DNA of 64,000 nt from Octopus vulgaris (taxonomy: Eukaryota): the NCBI GenBank assembly GCA_951406725.2, contig OX597822.1, positions 3,782,001-3,846,000 of the forward strand, given 5' to 3'. The notes beneath the pieces are model-generated. The model had not been told where the DNA came from, did no database searches, and was given only the letters and a program-made list of their open reading frames with translations. A program made the translations under genes and the position numbers. Shown one piece after another: positions 39,690 through 53,039 of the stretch; the first letter of the stretch is position 1; every line of letters begins with the position of its first letter.

Positions 39690-41647
39690 ATAGGAGGCCT
39701 TGTTTAGGTACGATAGAAATCAGGAGTGGCATCTTCCAGGGGACTGTCTGTCCCTATTGATCTTTGTACTGTGGTTGATACCACTAACACTGATACTGAG
39801 GAAAGGAAAGACTGTGTGATTATTTAAAAGCCGCCAACAAAATTTCAACCATTTGTTATTCATGGATGACCTCAACCTTTATGGTAAAGATGAAGCCCAA
39901 GTCAGTTCCCTCATTGATACGGTGTATACTTTCAGTGCTGATATCAGAATGGAGTTTGGACTGAGAAAGTGTGGTGTGTTAGTCTTGAAGAGAGGCAAAA
40001 TCAAACGTATGGACGGGCTATCGATACCGTCGGGGGAGGTTATGAAGCAGATAGAAGAGATCGGCTATAAATACTTGGGGATATTGGAAATAATGAAATT
40101 ATTAAAATAATTTTTAAATTTTTGAATTTTCTTTGAATATGCTAGACCACTGGTTTAAATTGATGTCAATTGATTAATATCAATTGATGGTGAAAGAAAT
40201 GACAGAAAAATTTGAGGTGGAGTACTTGCGAAGACTGAGACTGATGCTTAAGTCGAAATTAAACGGACGGAATAATATTGACGTTATCAACACCTGGGTG
40301 GTTTCACTCCTTAGATATGGAGCAGGTGTAATCGCCTGAACAGTAGACGAAATAAACAACTTAGACAGAAAGACAAGGAAATTGCTAACTAGATATGGGA
40401 TTCTCCATCCAAACATTGACACAGACAGACTCTATGTACCAAGAAAAACAGGGGGAAGAGGACTAATTGGATGCGAACACAGCATTACAACAGAAGAAAA
40501 CAACATAGCTTTGTATGTAAAAATGCCACAGAACGGCTATTATTGGAAGTAAGAAGGTCAGGCTTCTGTAAGATGGAAGATTGCAATGATAAAGTACTGT
40601 ACAAGCACTTGCGTATCAATGAAACTGAAAAGAGGTGGGTAAAGACAAGAATGCATGAACAATTTTATATGGATGTTGAAGATAAATCACAGAGAGAAAA
40701 AAGATGGCTATGGATGACTAAATGGTGAAACCGTATGGCATATTACCAGTGAACGTACGCCATTAGCCCAGAAAGAATATAAGAGACGTTATGACAACAT
40801 AGCAAGGATTGTTCATGAGACACTTTGCAACAAGTATGGACTTGACAGAGCAAAGATGTGGTATGAACATAAACCCGGAGACATCATCGAAAATGATAAT
40901 GCCAAGATCCTGTGGGATTTTATGATTCAGTGCGACCATTGGATAGAGAATAGGAAACGAGATACAGTGGTAACTGAGAAAGAAAGTAAACGATGTTAGA
41001 TCATAGATATAGCTTGCCCAGCTGACAACAAGGTATGCGATAAGGAAGAAAGAAAATTCGATAGATATGAAATGGTTAGCTTAGGAGTTTAAGCAGTTGT
41101 AGTCACTGAAAAACGTGGTAGCAGTACCAAAGATTGTCGGAGCCCTTGGAACAGTGAGTAAAAATCTTGGGAAGTACATGGAACAAATAGGGACTGCAAT
41201 AAGGGAGGAACACTAGCAGAAAACACTTGCCTGAAACCTCTCGAAAAATAAGGGGTGTTACCTTACTTTATTGGTAGTGAACAGCTGACACTGCAGTATA
41301 TTTGCAGCGTTAGAAACTGTGCTAAGACAGTAAAATAATAAGGATAATAATAGTAATAATAATTTGAAGTGTGAAATATGAAGGTTGTAGTCAATGAAGT
41401 GAGTAGACGTGATACCAATAGTAATTGGCGCACTTGGAAGTATCAGCACTCAGCTACCAACATAAGTAAAAAAAACATAGGTGCATGTGTAAAGGTAGAA
41501 CACCTATAAAAATCAGCATTGTTTGAAACTGCAAGAATTCTTCGTAGGATTCTCGAAGTATGACCAGTAAACGAGTGTCACCTTGACTGCTGGTTGCGAA
41601 CAGCTGACACTTTCCATCATACCCAGCAAAATAAGGTGTGAGCTTTC

Positions 41648-41650
<3 letters not shown>
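39690..41650 (+). mobile_element. Dong/R4 family C, decayed RT-RLE copy followed by a second 3'-end fragment
   Basis: GIFQG.C.S.LIF..LIPL, HLLFMDDLNLY, YKYLG, LHPNIDTDRLYVPRK, KILWDFMIQCD and IVGALG. A second IPIVIGALG plus 3' UTR lies at 41360-41650, then (TAA)n. Confidence 0.85.
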
Positions 41651-41688
<38 letters not shown>

Positions 41689-41689
41689 T

Positions 41690-42232
41690 TTTACAACACG
41701 TGTAGGAATTCTGAGTGAGAGGATAAGTCAATTTCATTGGCCCCAGTATTTCACTGGTACTTACTTTATCGACCTCGGCGGAATTTGAACTCAGGACGAA
41801 AAGACAGACGAAATACCTATTTCTTTACTACCCACAAGGGGCTAAACACAGAGAGGACAAGCAAGGACAGATAAACGGATTAAGCCGACTATATCGACCC
41901 CAGTGCGTAACTGGTACTTAGTTAATAGACCACGAAATGAGGAAAGGCAAAGTCGACCTCGTCGGAATTTGATCTCAGAACGTAGCGGCAGATGAAATAC
42001 TTATTTCTTTACTACTCACAAGGGGCTAAACACAAAAGGGACAAACAAGGACAGACAAACGGTTTAAGTCGATTATATCGACCCCAGTGCGTAACTGGTA
42101 CTTATTTAATCGACCCCAAAAGGATGAAAGGCAAAGTCGACCTCGGCGGAATTTGAACTCAGAACGTAGCGGCAGACGAAATACCGCTAAGCATTTCGCC
42201 CGGCGCAGTAACGTTTCTGCCAGCTAGCCGCT
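41690..42232 (-). mobile_element. SINE family 1 multimer: one head and three bodies
   Basis: 184-bp period, with junctions at 41816/41817 and 42000/42001. Confidence 0.9.
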
Positions 42233-42297
42233 TTAATAATAATAATAATAATAATAATAATGATAATAATAACAACAACAACAACAACAACAACAAC

Positions 42298-42348
<51 letters not shown>

Positions 42349-42360
42349 TAATAATAATAA

Positions 42361-42427
42361 ATGCCCTAGGTGTATGGAAAACACTCGGCGAGAAACGGAA
42401 GAAAATTTGAAGAAAGAAGGAAAAAAC

Positions 42428-42428
<1 letters not shown>
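42361..42428 (+). mobile_element. ~65-bp Dong family B 3' stub inside (TAA)n
   Basis: ccctaggtgtatggaaaacactcggcgagaaacggaagaaaatttgaagaaagaagg matches the reverse complement of 30980-31040 and also 12201-12250. Confidence 0.8.
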
Positions 42429-42481
<53 letters not shown>

Positions 42482-45400
42482 TTAATGATAATAATAATAA
42501 TGTTGATGATAATAATAAGATAAGATTGCCCGGAGTTTTAATCAGGTAGGTGTGCTTGGTCGATGAAATTGATATAAGTCTTCGACTGTACTGATATAAC
42601 TGATCTCAAATTTGAAGAGCTAAATTTCAAACACCAGCAACCGTTGCTACTCCATCCATTGCTACCACCACCACCACCGCCGCCGCCGCTACCATTACCA
42701 TCCAGCTGCAACAACGAAACGTCATACACAAAAGCCTCGAAAGATATTTTAAAATTTCCTGAATGCTTGAGAGTTTTGATTGCTCCTCTCGGCGATATTT
42801 TTATATGCTGAAGGTTAAATGACATGGAAATGCTATTTTGTAAATGCTACTATTTTACTACTATAAGCACAAGGCCTATCAGATTGGTGCCAGTGCACAG
42901 CTGGTAATTATTTTATCGACCTCGAAAGAACGAACGACAAAGTCGACCACTGCGGAATTTAAACTTAGAACGTAAAACCAGAAGAAATGCCGCTAAGTAT
43001 TTTGTCTGGCACAGTAACGATTCTGCTAGCTCCTCACCTTTTTGCTATAAGCAGGTTTGATATTTTGGAGAAGAGGGACCAGTCGACTGGTTCTTATTTT
43101 ATTGCAGAAAAGAAAAAGGATGAAAGGGAAAGTTGACCTTCGCACTTTTAGAACTCACAACGTAAAGCTGGAAAAAATGCGGCTGAACATTTTGCCCGGC
43201 ATGCCAACGATTATGCTAGCTTGCCGCCTTTCCGCACTCTACTAACGGTAACCTCTTCCAATAGCACGTATCCACAGAAGTTCAAGTGATGTTGTATGTA
43301 GCCCTGCTACAAATGTCAGATAAATCCCTCAAACTACTCCTTGCCGTTTAAACAAAAGAAGACATATATGAGATAATGTATTTCAATAAATTCTAAACAG
43401 GACTGGATGGTCACCGCTGGAATGCCATTGATTTTAGACTCGCTTCTTTAAAGTTGGTTTGGCGAGAAACAAGGATGATAGCTAAATTTTTGAGAGGTGA
43501 AAATTAGATTGGTTAATATCCTTTCTCTTCTGGAAACCATTTCTATTTCATTTCAGGGATCTTTGAAATGAATTAGTTACAGACGTGGACCGAAACCGTG
43601 TCATTTTTGCTGCTCACTGAGAAAAGAATGTATAGCACTGGCCAAGAAAAGCTAAAAAAAAATACAGAAATCCCTGCATAGAATACAAAGAGAGACAGAG
43701 TTAGGAAGAAACAGAGAAAAAACGAGAAATTGAAGGAAGCATAGATGAACAAATGAACGAAAGAAAGGAAGACAGAAGGAAAGGGATGAAAAAAGAAGCA
43801 AAGCAGAGCAAGCAACCAAACCAGTTCTGTGCAATTGTGTGTACTATATATGTTAAGCCGTTTATCTGCTGCAGACATCATCGTCACACTGGAACTAATG
43901 AAGCTCCTCCCATTTCACCATCTCTGTCAACTAATCCATACACAAATCTGGCGTCATGACGATTAAAAAAAATTGAAGCATGCAGACGACATCCTTCAAA
44001 AACACACACCCTGTCGACATTTACACACGTATAATAACACTTGCATATACGCATACACGTTAGTACATATAATCTCGTTCATACATAGTAGAATGTAAAT
44101 TTTATTTGACAAGAGAGGTTATATTTGTAGAGGAAGTATATATTACTGCAATTTTACTGGTAGAAATGTTATTGATTCTAAGAAGAGGAGAAGAGAAGAG
44201 ACACAATTTCACCCTCAAGAATAACTAAACTTATATACTAGAGGAATGAAACTAAATACTGTAAGCCATTAAACTACATCGAAATAACTGGAATTTCTGA
44301 CACTGCCAGTAGTATAAATAGTACAGCCAGCCGTCAATCAAGTGCGAGTATACCTTAGTAGCATGCAGCAACGTAGTGTGGGTTGCCAGCACTTGAGGCA
44401 AGGCATGCATTACAGGGAGGGGGCGTTATTTTTGGCTTTTTTATTTATCATTGGAATTTTATTATTATTGTTTTCTTTTGAAATTTTGGGCCACTAAGGA
44501 TTATGTGCACAAGGTGACCACACTACACCTCTCACTGGTAGCATGTTGTATGCTTTCAGTAATCGTTTGTAAGTGTCTATGTATTTGGTGAGAAGACATG
44601 GACACCCTCTGCTCTTTTACCCTTCATCGATCGAAATATTCAGCTGGAGGGAAACATTTATACGCCAATACCCACTTGGTACTTATTTGCAACTGTGTAG
44701 AATGGAATAACGTGAAATGAAGTGCTTTGTTGAAGGAGACAACGCTGGCCGGTCGAGGAATTGAACCCTCGATCTTATGAACATGAGCTGAACGCCCTAA
44801 CCGCGACGCCACAATACCTTCCGCATGTAGACTAACTTAACGTTTCTACTATAAACACAACGCCTGTCATTTTGAGGAAGGGGCCCAATCGATGACATCG
44901 ATCCAAGTGTCCAACTGATAATCATTTTATCACCCGAAAGGGAGAAAGGCAGCCCTGGCCGAATATGAGCTCAGAGCATAAAGCCGGACGAAATGACGCT
45001 AAGCATTTTGTCCGGTACATTAAGATTCTGCAGCTTGCCACCTTAATGCACAGTAGCATTGTATGTTCCTTGATGTAGATTCAGTTGCATCTGTCCCCAT
45101 TTTTCTATTGCTTTAGTTGATCCTTGGTCCACTTGAGCAGAGTCCAGTCCATTGTCGGCATTAGGACCAGTTTACCTCGCTGGAGATAATTCGATATTTT
45201 GATGCCATACTTTTTATAACAGCAACCCATGAATCGTGACTTGCCTCTCCCTGATACCTGCTTCATGTGGCTATTTAAGCTTGACATTCTTTGAAATAAC
45301 TTTCAACTTTTGAACATGCCGTTCTCAATTCCAAACTAATAAGCTCTTGTTAAATTATTGACGTTTAGGAATAGTGCGATATGAATATTTCCACTCATGT

Positions 45401-45568
45401 TTGAATAGACAAGTTGGCGTCCCTTTAATATATTAATATATAATGCTGTTGCATCAAGTATCGTAAAACTCACCATATGCAATATTATATCAGACACATC
45501 TACGTATACAACTACCTACCACGTATAAAACTGGATTTTCTATATTTCCATTTCTTGACTAGAATTGG

Positions 45569-46011
45569 CGGATCTTTTCAGTTTGAACGGCAGTTTTTAA
45601 CATAATTTCTAGGTAACTAGAAAATTTAAACTTGGTATACTGGTAGAGTGTGTTTATAAAACATCTTTTTCTCTTGGCTTTATTGAGAAAATTCTATTGC
45701 TTGTAAGATATTTGTTGTTGTTTTTTTCTTCAATTTCTGAAATTTCAACCAATCAATGACGTCTATTGAGGTAAAAAAAACATTCTGTGCCGTATGAATA
45801 TGTCCCTCGTTTAAGAAACAGATTGGGTTTATTTACATTTGTGATGAAAAAAAAGATACCCTTTCCCCCACCCCTAACCCTAACTAACGCTAACTAACCC
45901 TAACACTAAAACAGATTGAAATGCAATAGATCGATTATAGGGTCATAATTATGGGTGACAATTTCATATGACACCGCTAGAAAAAACTGCCGTTCAAACC
46001 GAAAATATTCG
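45569..46011. mobile_element. MITE / non-autonomous DNA transposon with ~30-bp TIRs and a 6-bp TSD
   Basis: TIRs are cggatcttttcagtttgaacggcagttttt and aaaaactgccgttcaaaccgaaaatattcg. AATTGG lies on both sides. Internal ccctaaccctaac repeats. Confidence 0.85.
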
Positions 46012-46103
46012 AATTGGCCGTAAGTGGACACTTTCTGTTCGGTCATGCACACCTTTATTTCAAGTCGATGGGTTATTTATTGATCATGGTTATTTATTTG
46101 TAT

Positions 46104-46498
46104 TACTCTTTACTCTTTTACTTGTTTCAGCCATGCTGGAGCACCGCCTTTAATCGAGCAACTCGACCCCGGGACTTATTCTTTTGTAAGCCCAGTACTT
46201 ATTCTATCGGTCTCTTTTGCCGAACCGCTAAGTAACGGGGACGTAAACACACCAGCATCGGTTGTCAAGCAATGCTAGGGAGACAAACACAGACACACAA
46301 ACATACACACACACACATATATATATACATATATACTACGGGCTTCTTTCAGTTTCAGTCTACCAAATCCGCTCACAAGGCATTGGTCGGCCCGGGGTTA
46401 TAGCAGAAGACACTTGCCCAAGGTGCCACGCAGTGGGACTGAACCCGGAACCATATGGTTGGTTAGCAAGCTACTTACCACACAGCCACTCCTGCGCC
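46104..46498 (-). mobile_element. SINE family 2, full length
   Basis: Near-exact reverse complement of 62019-62385. Confidence 0.92.
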
Positions 46499-46926
46499 TA
46501 TATTGCTTCTTTGTATTAAAAATAAACAAGTTCATTAATTTGTTGCTCAACGTCTCGGATTATGTGAAAGCTATTGTTCTGGGTTGAGGGGATTTGTCTG
46601 TCACCTATCTGGAGTTCATCAAATAAGGACCAGTTAATTACTGCAATCGATAAAATTGACAGTTGTCTTCCATCGAGATTAACAAGGATCATTATTTAAT
46701 CGAAGATTGGTGGGGAGGGTAAACTGGCAGAACTGTTAGCACACCGGAGAAATTCCTTAGCAGTATTTCGTCCGTCCATACGTTCTGATCTCAAATTCCG
46801 CCGAGGTCGACTTTGCCCTTCATCCTTTCGGGGTCGATAAGATAATTACCGATCAAATATTGTTATTGATGTAATCGTCTAAACCCCTAGTATTCTCATG
46901 CATTTACTTGCAGATCTAGACATGCA

Positions 46927-47800
46927 CATATATACTTAATTGCTAAACTTCTGGAAAGATTTGCCAAATTTTACAATTCCATTGATATTTTGAATCTCTT
47001 ATCTAATTAGCTTCCCCTTTCTGATTTTAAGAAGCCTAATTCCTCAAGATTGGTACTTAGGCAGTGTACATATCCCAGTGCCCCAATAATTACAGGTATA
47101 AACCCCAACCTATTATCCGAATGGAGTAACTGCAAATTTCTCAGTAGTTCAGCGTTGGTATTTTCCTTTTTACTGTTATTTAGCTTAATGTGAAAATCTG
47201 TTGCGCATCTGATTTCCATTAAGTTAGATTCATGTATCACTCATAGTTTCTCGTATAATAACTTCATCTGGTCTATTATGTTTACAGTTTATACAGTTTT
47301 TACTGTATGTATGTAGGTATTTATGTATATAGGTATGTATGTATGTCATTATTCAGTTTATTTGAAGATTCCTTGCCAATAGAGAAAGAACCGGTTTCTA
47401 ACCTAGATCCAAGGCTCCTTTGGAATTTCAACATCAACAATAGGGTGTTTTGTATATATGTATGTGTGTGCGGATTTGTATGTTTTATGCAGTGTATTCT
47501 CATTCACATAGTTGCATATTTAGACTTGTTCAAATATGTATTTAAATGATAAACTTCTGGAAAGCTTTACAGGTCTTTACAGTTCCAGTGATGGATTGGA
47601 TCTGTAGTCTTCGAATTAGCTTTCTCCTTTCTGGTTTTGAGAAGCCTAATTTCTCAAGGTTGGCATTTAAGCAGTGTGTTACATATCCCAGGGCCCGAAC
47701 TTGTAATAGGGTAGAATAAGTGCCGATTTCTCAATAGTTCAGTATAGCTGTTCTCTTTTTCACTGTTCTTCAGCTTTACGTTAACATCCGCTGGGCAAAT
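46927..47800 (-). mobile_element. Two tandem 3' fragments of another RLE-type non-LTR element
   Basis: The minus strand gives ELLRNLQLLH...FIPVIIGALGYV..CL.TNLEELGF at 47000-47200, with a related sequence at 47630-47790. Confidence 0.65.
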
Positions 47801-49999
47801 GAATACACTTACTATTCGCTCCCCTCTTCATCCTGCAATGGTCAATAGAACTCTATGTATGCACACACGCAGAGGAAACACGCGCATATATGTATGTACG
47901 TACGTATTTATGTATGTATTTATGCATGTATGTATATATGCATGTATATATGCATGTATGTATGTATGTATGTATGTATATATGTATGTATTCATGCGTG
48001 CATGCATGTATGTATATACGTATTTATATATATATGTATGTGAAAATTAATAGTTATCGCCATACTAATATGGCAGTCTATAAATATAAAACTAAAGCTG
48101 TCGCTGATTAGCTCCAAGAGGCCATCGCCTCTAGCTAGCTATATGACACACGAACCTGCGTCCATTACAACCTTCGAACAGGGGAGGTGAAAAGCTTTCA
48201 ACTTAAATATGATTTACTCAATATTTCAGAGACGTGTACGTAACCCTGATAATTCAGATGTGGTGCATATATGATGAATGACACTTGCTCAGTAAGATGC
48301 GGAATGGAGTGGAGTCTTGAAGCATTTAGCTGCAATGCGAATTGCTTAACTTGCTATAACTAAGTGTTTAGAAAGCTCTGAGATATCTTCTATCCTGGGT
48401 TTGCATTTCGTGAGATAGTGGTCTTTATATATCTCAGACTGTCTATGAAAGAAATTCAGCCTTATGGCCTGTGGATATCAATGGCTGTCAGCCTAACAAA
48501 CTTAATAAAGATGTTTCTAATGAATTCAAGCATTAAACATAAGATTTACTGTCATTAACATCACAACAGTTCATTTATTTTATATATTATGATAGCTATT
48601 ATTACTAATATGCATGTCTCTTATAGGAAGCCAAGTCCTCTAATCATATTCGAGTATACTTAAAATTGTAGTGAAATTATTAGGTTTCGTATTTCTGTTA
48701 ACAAGTCTGATTAAGTGATTATTTATCGTGCAAAACTGTATTTTAACGGCAACCTTGAAAGATAGATGTTTCAATATAAATGACCCCATGATTAATTTTA
48801 TCATCATATGTCCATAAGTTCTATGCACGTGCAGCAACATCTGGTTTAATCCTCCTTGGGTGTGGCATCCAATATAGTCAAAATATTCCTCGGTGAGATA
48901 GTGAAATGCATCTCAAATGGACAGAGGCACCACATTTATCTAAGGAACATTGAAGGTAGTTACAAATATACTAGCGTCATCAAATATTTCTATTTCAGTA
49001 TAGATAGAAGACACTACAGCAAAACATCCTATCATTAAACGAACTACAATGGAATAATGCCAACCTAAATTTTCTTCACTTGATAGCAACTGCTTCAGCA
49101 CTGAGCTAGTATATTGTGCTAAAGTCAAGTTAGTTGACTGAAGGGAATTTAGTATTAACAGAATGTATTTTTGTTGTATGTGACGCATACAATTTACACA
49201 TATTCTTTAAGACACCCGGCGAAAACAAACAATGCCTCTCCCTCACAACATATATGGCGACTAAAAAGTTGAAGCTACCAAAATCGTTAATATATTGTGA
49301 TCAGCAAATTCTATTTACTGAACCATATTCTCATGCATTTTTCTACTGTGTTTCATCTTATTTATATATTTAAACACTAAACAGCTGTTTTCCCTCTACT
49401 TTAAATAATTCTATTATTTCCACGATCCCCATTTCTTTGTATTTATACTTTTTTCCTCTTTTTCACTTTTCTTAATTCGATTAAATTCCATTTCCATTTT
49501 CCGAAAATCCAAATACATCAATTTATCTTTCTACCGTTCGTCTTTTACTCCGAATTCATAGCTAAGTGCTAATCGAAAATAATGATTTACAGAAAAATAG
49601 ATACTATTTGAAATATGGCCGGTTCATTCTATAAAATATAAAATAAACTTTTCTACAGAATCTTTTTTATAATTTTAGCTTTAACTTTGTTCTGATGTAT
49701 TCTATATTTTTAGGTAACTACTACTTCCGCTGTTCTGCCAGTTTAAACAACTACCAGGAGAGAAGAAGGTAGTCAAACCGACGCACATAACCATAGAATG
49801 GACTGGCGTTTGTAAGGCTTGGAGTCGGAGATTAGGTTGCTTTTACATGACCATACGAGGCGGAAGAGAATGGTAGAGAGAGGTTGAGATATCTGCCGTC
49901 AAGATAAGTGGGTAATTATTCTTGTCTATTGTTGCTCGTCCCTAACTTGTATCTTTTTTCCGGTCGTCTCGGATGTGTTTGCTCCATGCTGCTCTATAT

Positions 50000-50256
50000 A
50001 TCTATTTCTTTACTACCCACAAGGTGCTAAACATAGAGGGGACAAACAAGGTCAGACAAAGGGATTAAGCTGCGTCTACTATTTACGTGTATTTCGTCTG
50101 TTTTTACATTCTCAGTTCAAATTCCGCCGTGGTCGACTTTACCTTTCATCATTTCGTGGTCAATAAAATAAATACCAGCTGAGCACTGTGTTGATATAAT
50201 CGACTCATCCCCTCCTCCGAAATTGCTGCCCTTGTGGCACAATTTGAAACCATCAC

Positions 50257-50288
<32 letters not shown>

Positions 50289-50290
50289 GC

Positions 50291-50339
<49 letters not shown>

Positions 50340-50535
50340 CGGTGAGCTGGCAGAACCGTTAGCAAGCCGGACAAAACGCGTAGTGCCTTTATGTCCTGAG
50401 TTCAAATTCCGCCGAGGTCAACTTTGCCTTTCGTCCTTTCGGGGTCGATAAATTAAGTATCAGTTGCGTACTGGAGTCGATCTAATCGACTGGCCCCCTC
50501 CCCCAAAAGTTTCGTGCCTTGTGCATAGAGTAGAA
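50000..50535. mobile_element. Cluster of SINE family 1 pieces around (TTA)n/(TAG)n
   Basis: Minus-strand tail at 50001-50070, plus-strand body from about 50089, plus-strand copy at 50338-50535. Confidence 0.8.
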
Positions 50536-51448
50536 AAGAGTAGAAAAGATTATTATTATTGTTATTATTATTATTATTATTATTATAATTATTATTATTA
50601 TTATTGTTGTTGTTGTTGTTGTTATTGTTGTATTAAGTGTATAGGTTACAATGATAATCTTTGTAGACCGAGAGGTATTTCTGCACACAGACACATATAT
50701 GTCCCTATTCGTGAATGCATATAAGTTTAGGTGCCGCTAAACATGTTGATACACATACAAACCTCTCTAAATATGGCTACATATGTGTATGTGTGCGCGC
50801 ATGTGTGCATGTCCGTATCTACGTTGGCATGATTGACTGAATCCCAATGGTTGAATACACGAATACAGCTTGATGAAAGATTGATTAAGAAGTCAAGCAC
50901 AAGAATTTCGAGGGTGTTTTCGTAAATATAACGTTGATGAATACTTTTGTAATAGAAGAGAAAAAAATACCTAACGTAAAAACACAAAACAGTCGCGTAT
51001 ACTTTACAGTTAATATTTTATCACATAACTGTTTATAACATGTTGAATATATCAAAATAACGCAGCATGGATACAGCAATGTTGAATGAATTATTATATT
51101 TTATATATTCTATAAATTATGTTTAGTTTCTACTCCATCTTCCTCTTCCCTGTGATACCATTTCTCTGACTCTTTATACATACATGCATACAAACACATG
51201 CTTTTTATGTGTGAGTAAATATGTGTGTGTATGTGTGTGCGTGTGTGTGTGTGCGCGTGTGCATGCGTGTGTGTGTTGCGTTCTATGTATGTGAATACAA
51301 ATATATATTTACGCACACACACACACATATATATATACATATAATAAACATTATTTGCAGAGAACGGTTATCGTTTCGAAAAAACTAAAGAAATGCCTAG
51401 TTCACGCTAGATATGAAACCAATGGTTTTTATCTAAACTATTGTTATA

Positions 51449-51536
<88 letters not shown>

Positions 51537-51820
51537 GAGGCATATGGTCTGGAGCAGCGGACTCGCGGTCGAGGGATCGCGGGTTCGAATCTCAGATCGG
51601 GCGATGTGTGTGTTTGTGAGCGAAAACACCTGAGCTCCTCGCGGCTCCGGCAGAAGGTAATGGCGAAACTTCTGCTGACTCTTTCGCTCACTCTTTTCTC
51701 CTGCATCTTGCAGTTCACCTGCGACGGACCGGCGTCCCGTCCAGGTGAGGAACCTATACGCCAAGAAACCGGGAATCCAGCCCTTATGAAGCAGGCATGG
51801 CTCGAGAAGGAACAAACAAC
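51537..51820 (+). mobile_element. SINE family 3-related (tRNA head with V-domain-like segment)
   Basis: B box gggttcgaatctc, plus cctgcgacggaccggcgtcccgtccagg and gaaaccggga...cccttatga shared with the 37045 copy. Confidence 0.7.
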
Positions 51821-51947
51821 AATATATATATATATATATTGTTTTGTTTTCTAGTATAGCCTCGGACCAACCAGCCTTGTAAGTGGATTCTCCAAGGTGG
51901 TACCCCAGCATGGCCGCAATCTCATGACTGTAACAAAGATAAGAAAA

Positions 51948-52008
<61 letters not shown>

Positions 52009-52093
52009 TAATGTAGGATAAAATTATTTTCGGGAAAAAAATGTTATCAATGGCCAGCATATCAAAAATACCTTTAAAGGTTAAATTTCTAAA

Positions 52094-52600
52094 TAATTTA
52101 CAAGATAAAGGCGAAAGAAAAATTCTAATGCCAAATATGCCGAAAAAAAGACAATAATTGTCAATAAACAATTATATTTTATGCGCCTCGAAACAAACCG
52201 ATAGAAATCTCTACAAAATTCGTTATTACCGTATTGGAACAATTTCGGGGTTAATTTGTAAGAAATGTTCCCCTCTGCAGCGATAAATACGTGAGATATA
52301 AGTGAAATACTTACTCATACCCATGGAAAAAGCAAGCACTAAGTCCTGAGCAGAACTAAGTACCCCAAATATATCCAAAATAGAAAAAGATTTTTCTATT
52401 TTGGATATATTTGCCGCTGAAGGGGGGGGGGGAATTTCTTACGAATTAACCCCGAAATTGTTCCAATACGGTAATAACGAATTTTGTAGAGATTGCTATC
52501 GGTTTGTTTCGAGGCGCATAAAATATAATTGTTTATTGACAATTATTGTCTTTTTTTCGGCATATTTGGCATTAGAATTTTTCTTTCGTCCTTATCTTGT

Positions 52601-52606
<6 letters not shown>
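52094..52606. repeat. Foldback element: ~195-bp near-perfect inverted repeat with ~115-bp spacer
   Basis: 52094-52289 is the reverse complement of about 52407-52606. Flanked by (TA)n. Confidence 0.9.
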
Positions 52607-52648
<42 letters not shown>

Positions 52649-53039
52649 CATATATATATATGAAAGAAACAAGTATAAGATAATGGTCCCTACATATTTT
52701 TCCTTTATTGGGGCAAACTTGGCTTGCAGCTCTTTCCAGAAGTCACTAAGGGGATGGCATAACAGTCACTTACGAGCAGTAGGGACTTTCTATTGCCAAA
52801 TTTGGAAGAGGGACAGACCTAAAACATTAGTCAGGCCAATACCCTTTGCCATATTGGAATTGTTCTCCACCCTTTGTGTTCAAATTTCATATGAGCTTTT
52901 TATGGACATAGTCAGTCTAAGACAGTAATGTTCGGTTGTTGCTATGTAGCATAGTGGTGGTGTGAAGGATTTTATTACAAAATAAAAGAATAGTACAGTT
53001 CTATATTTAAGGGATGAGGAATTATGTATATTATTTTTT

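Noticed and set aside
47380-47440. gaaaccggttc with an upstream hairpin (minus strand) as a hammerhead
   Set aside because: There is no recognisable CUGANGA core upstream of the hairpin.
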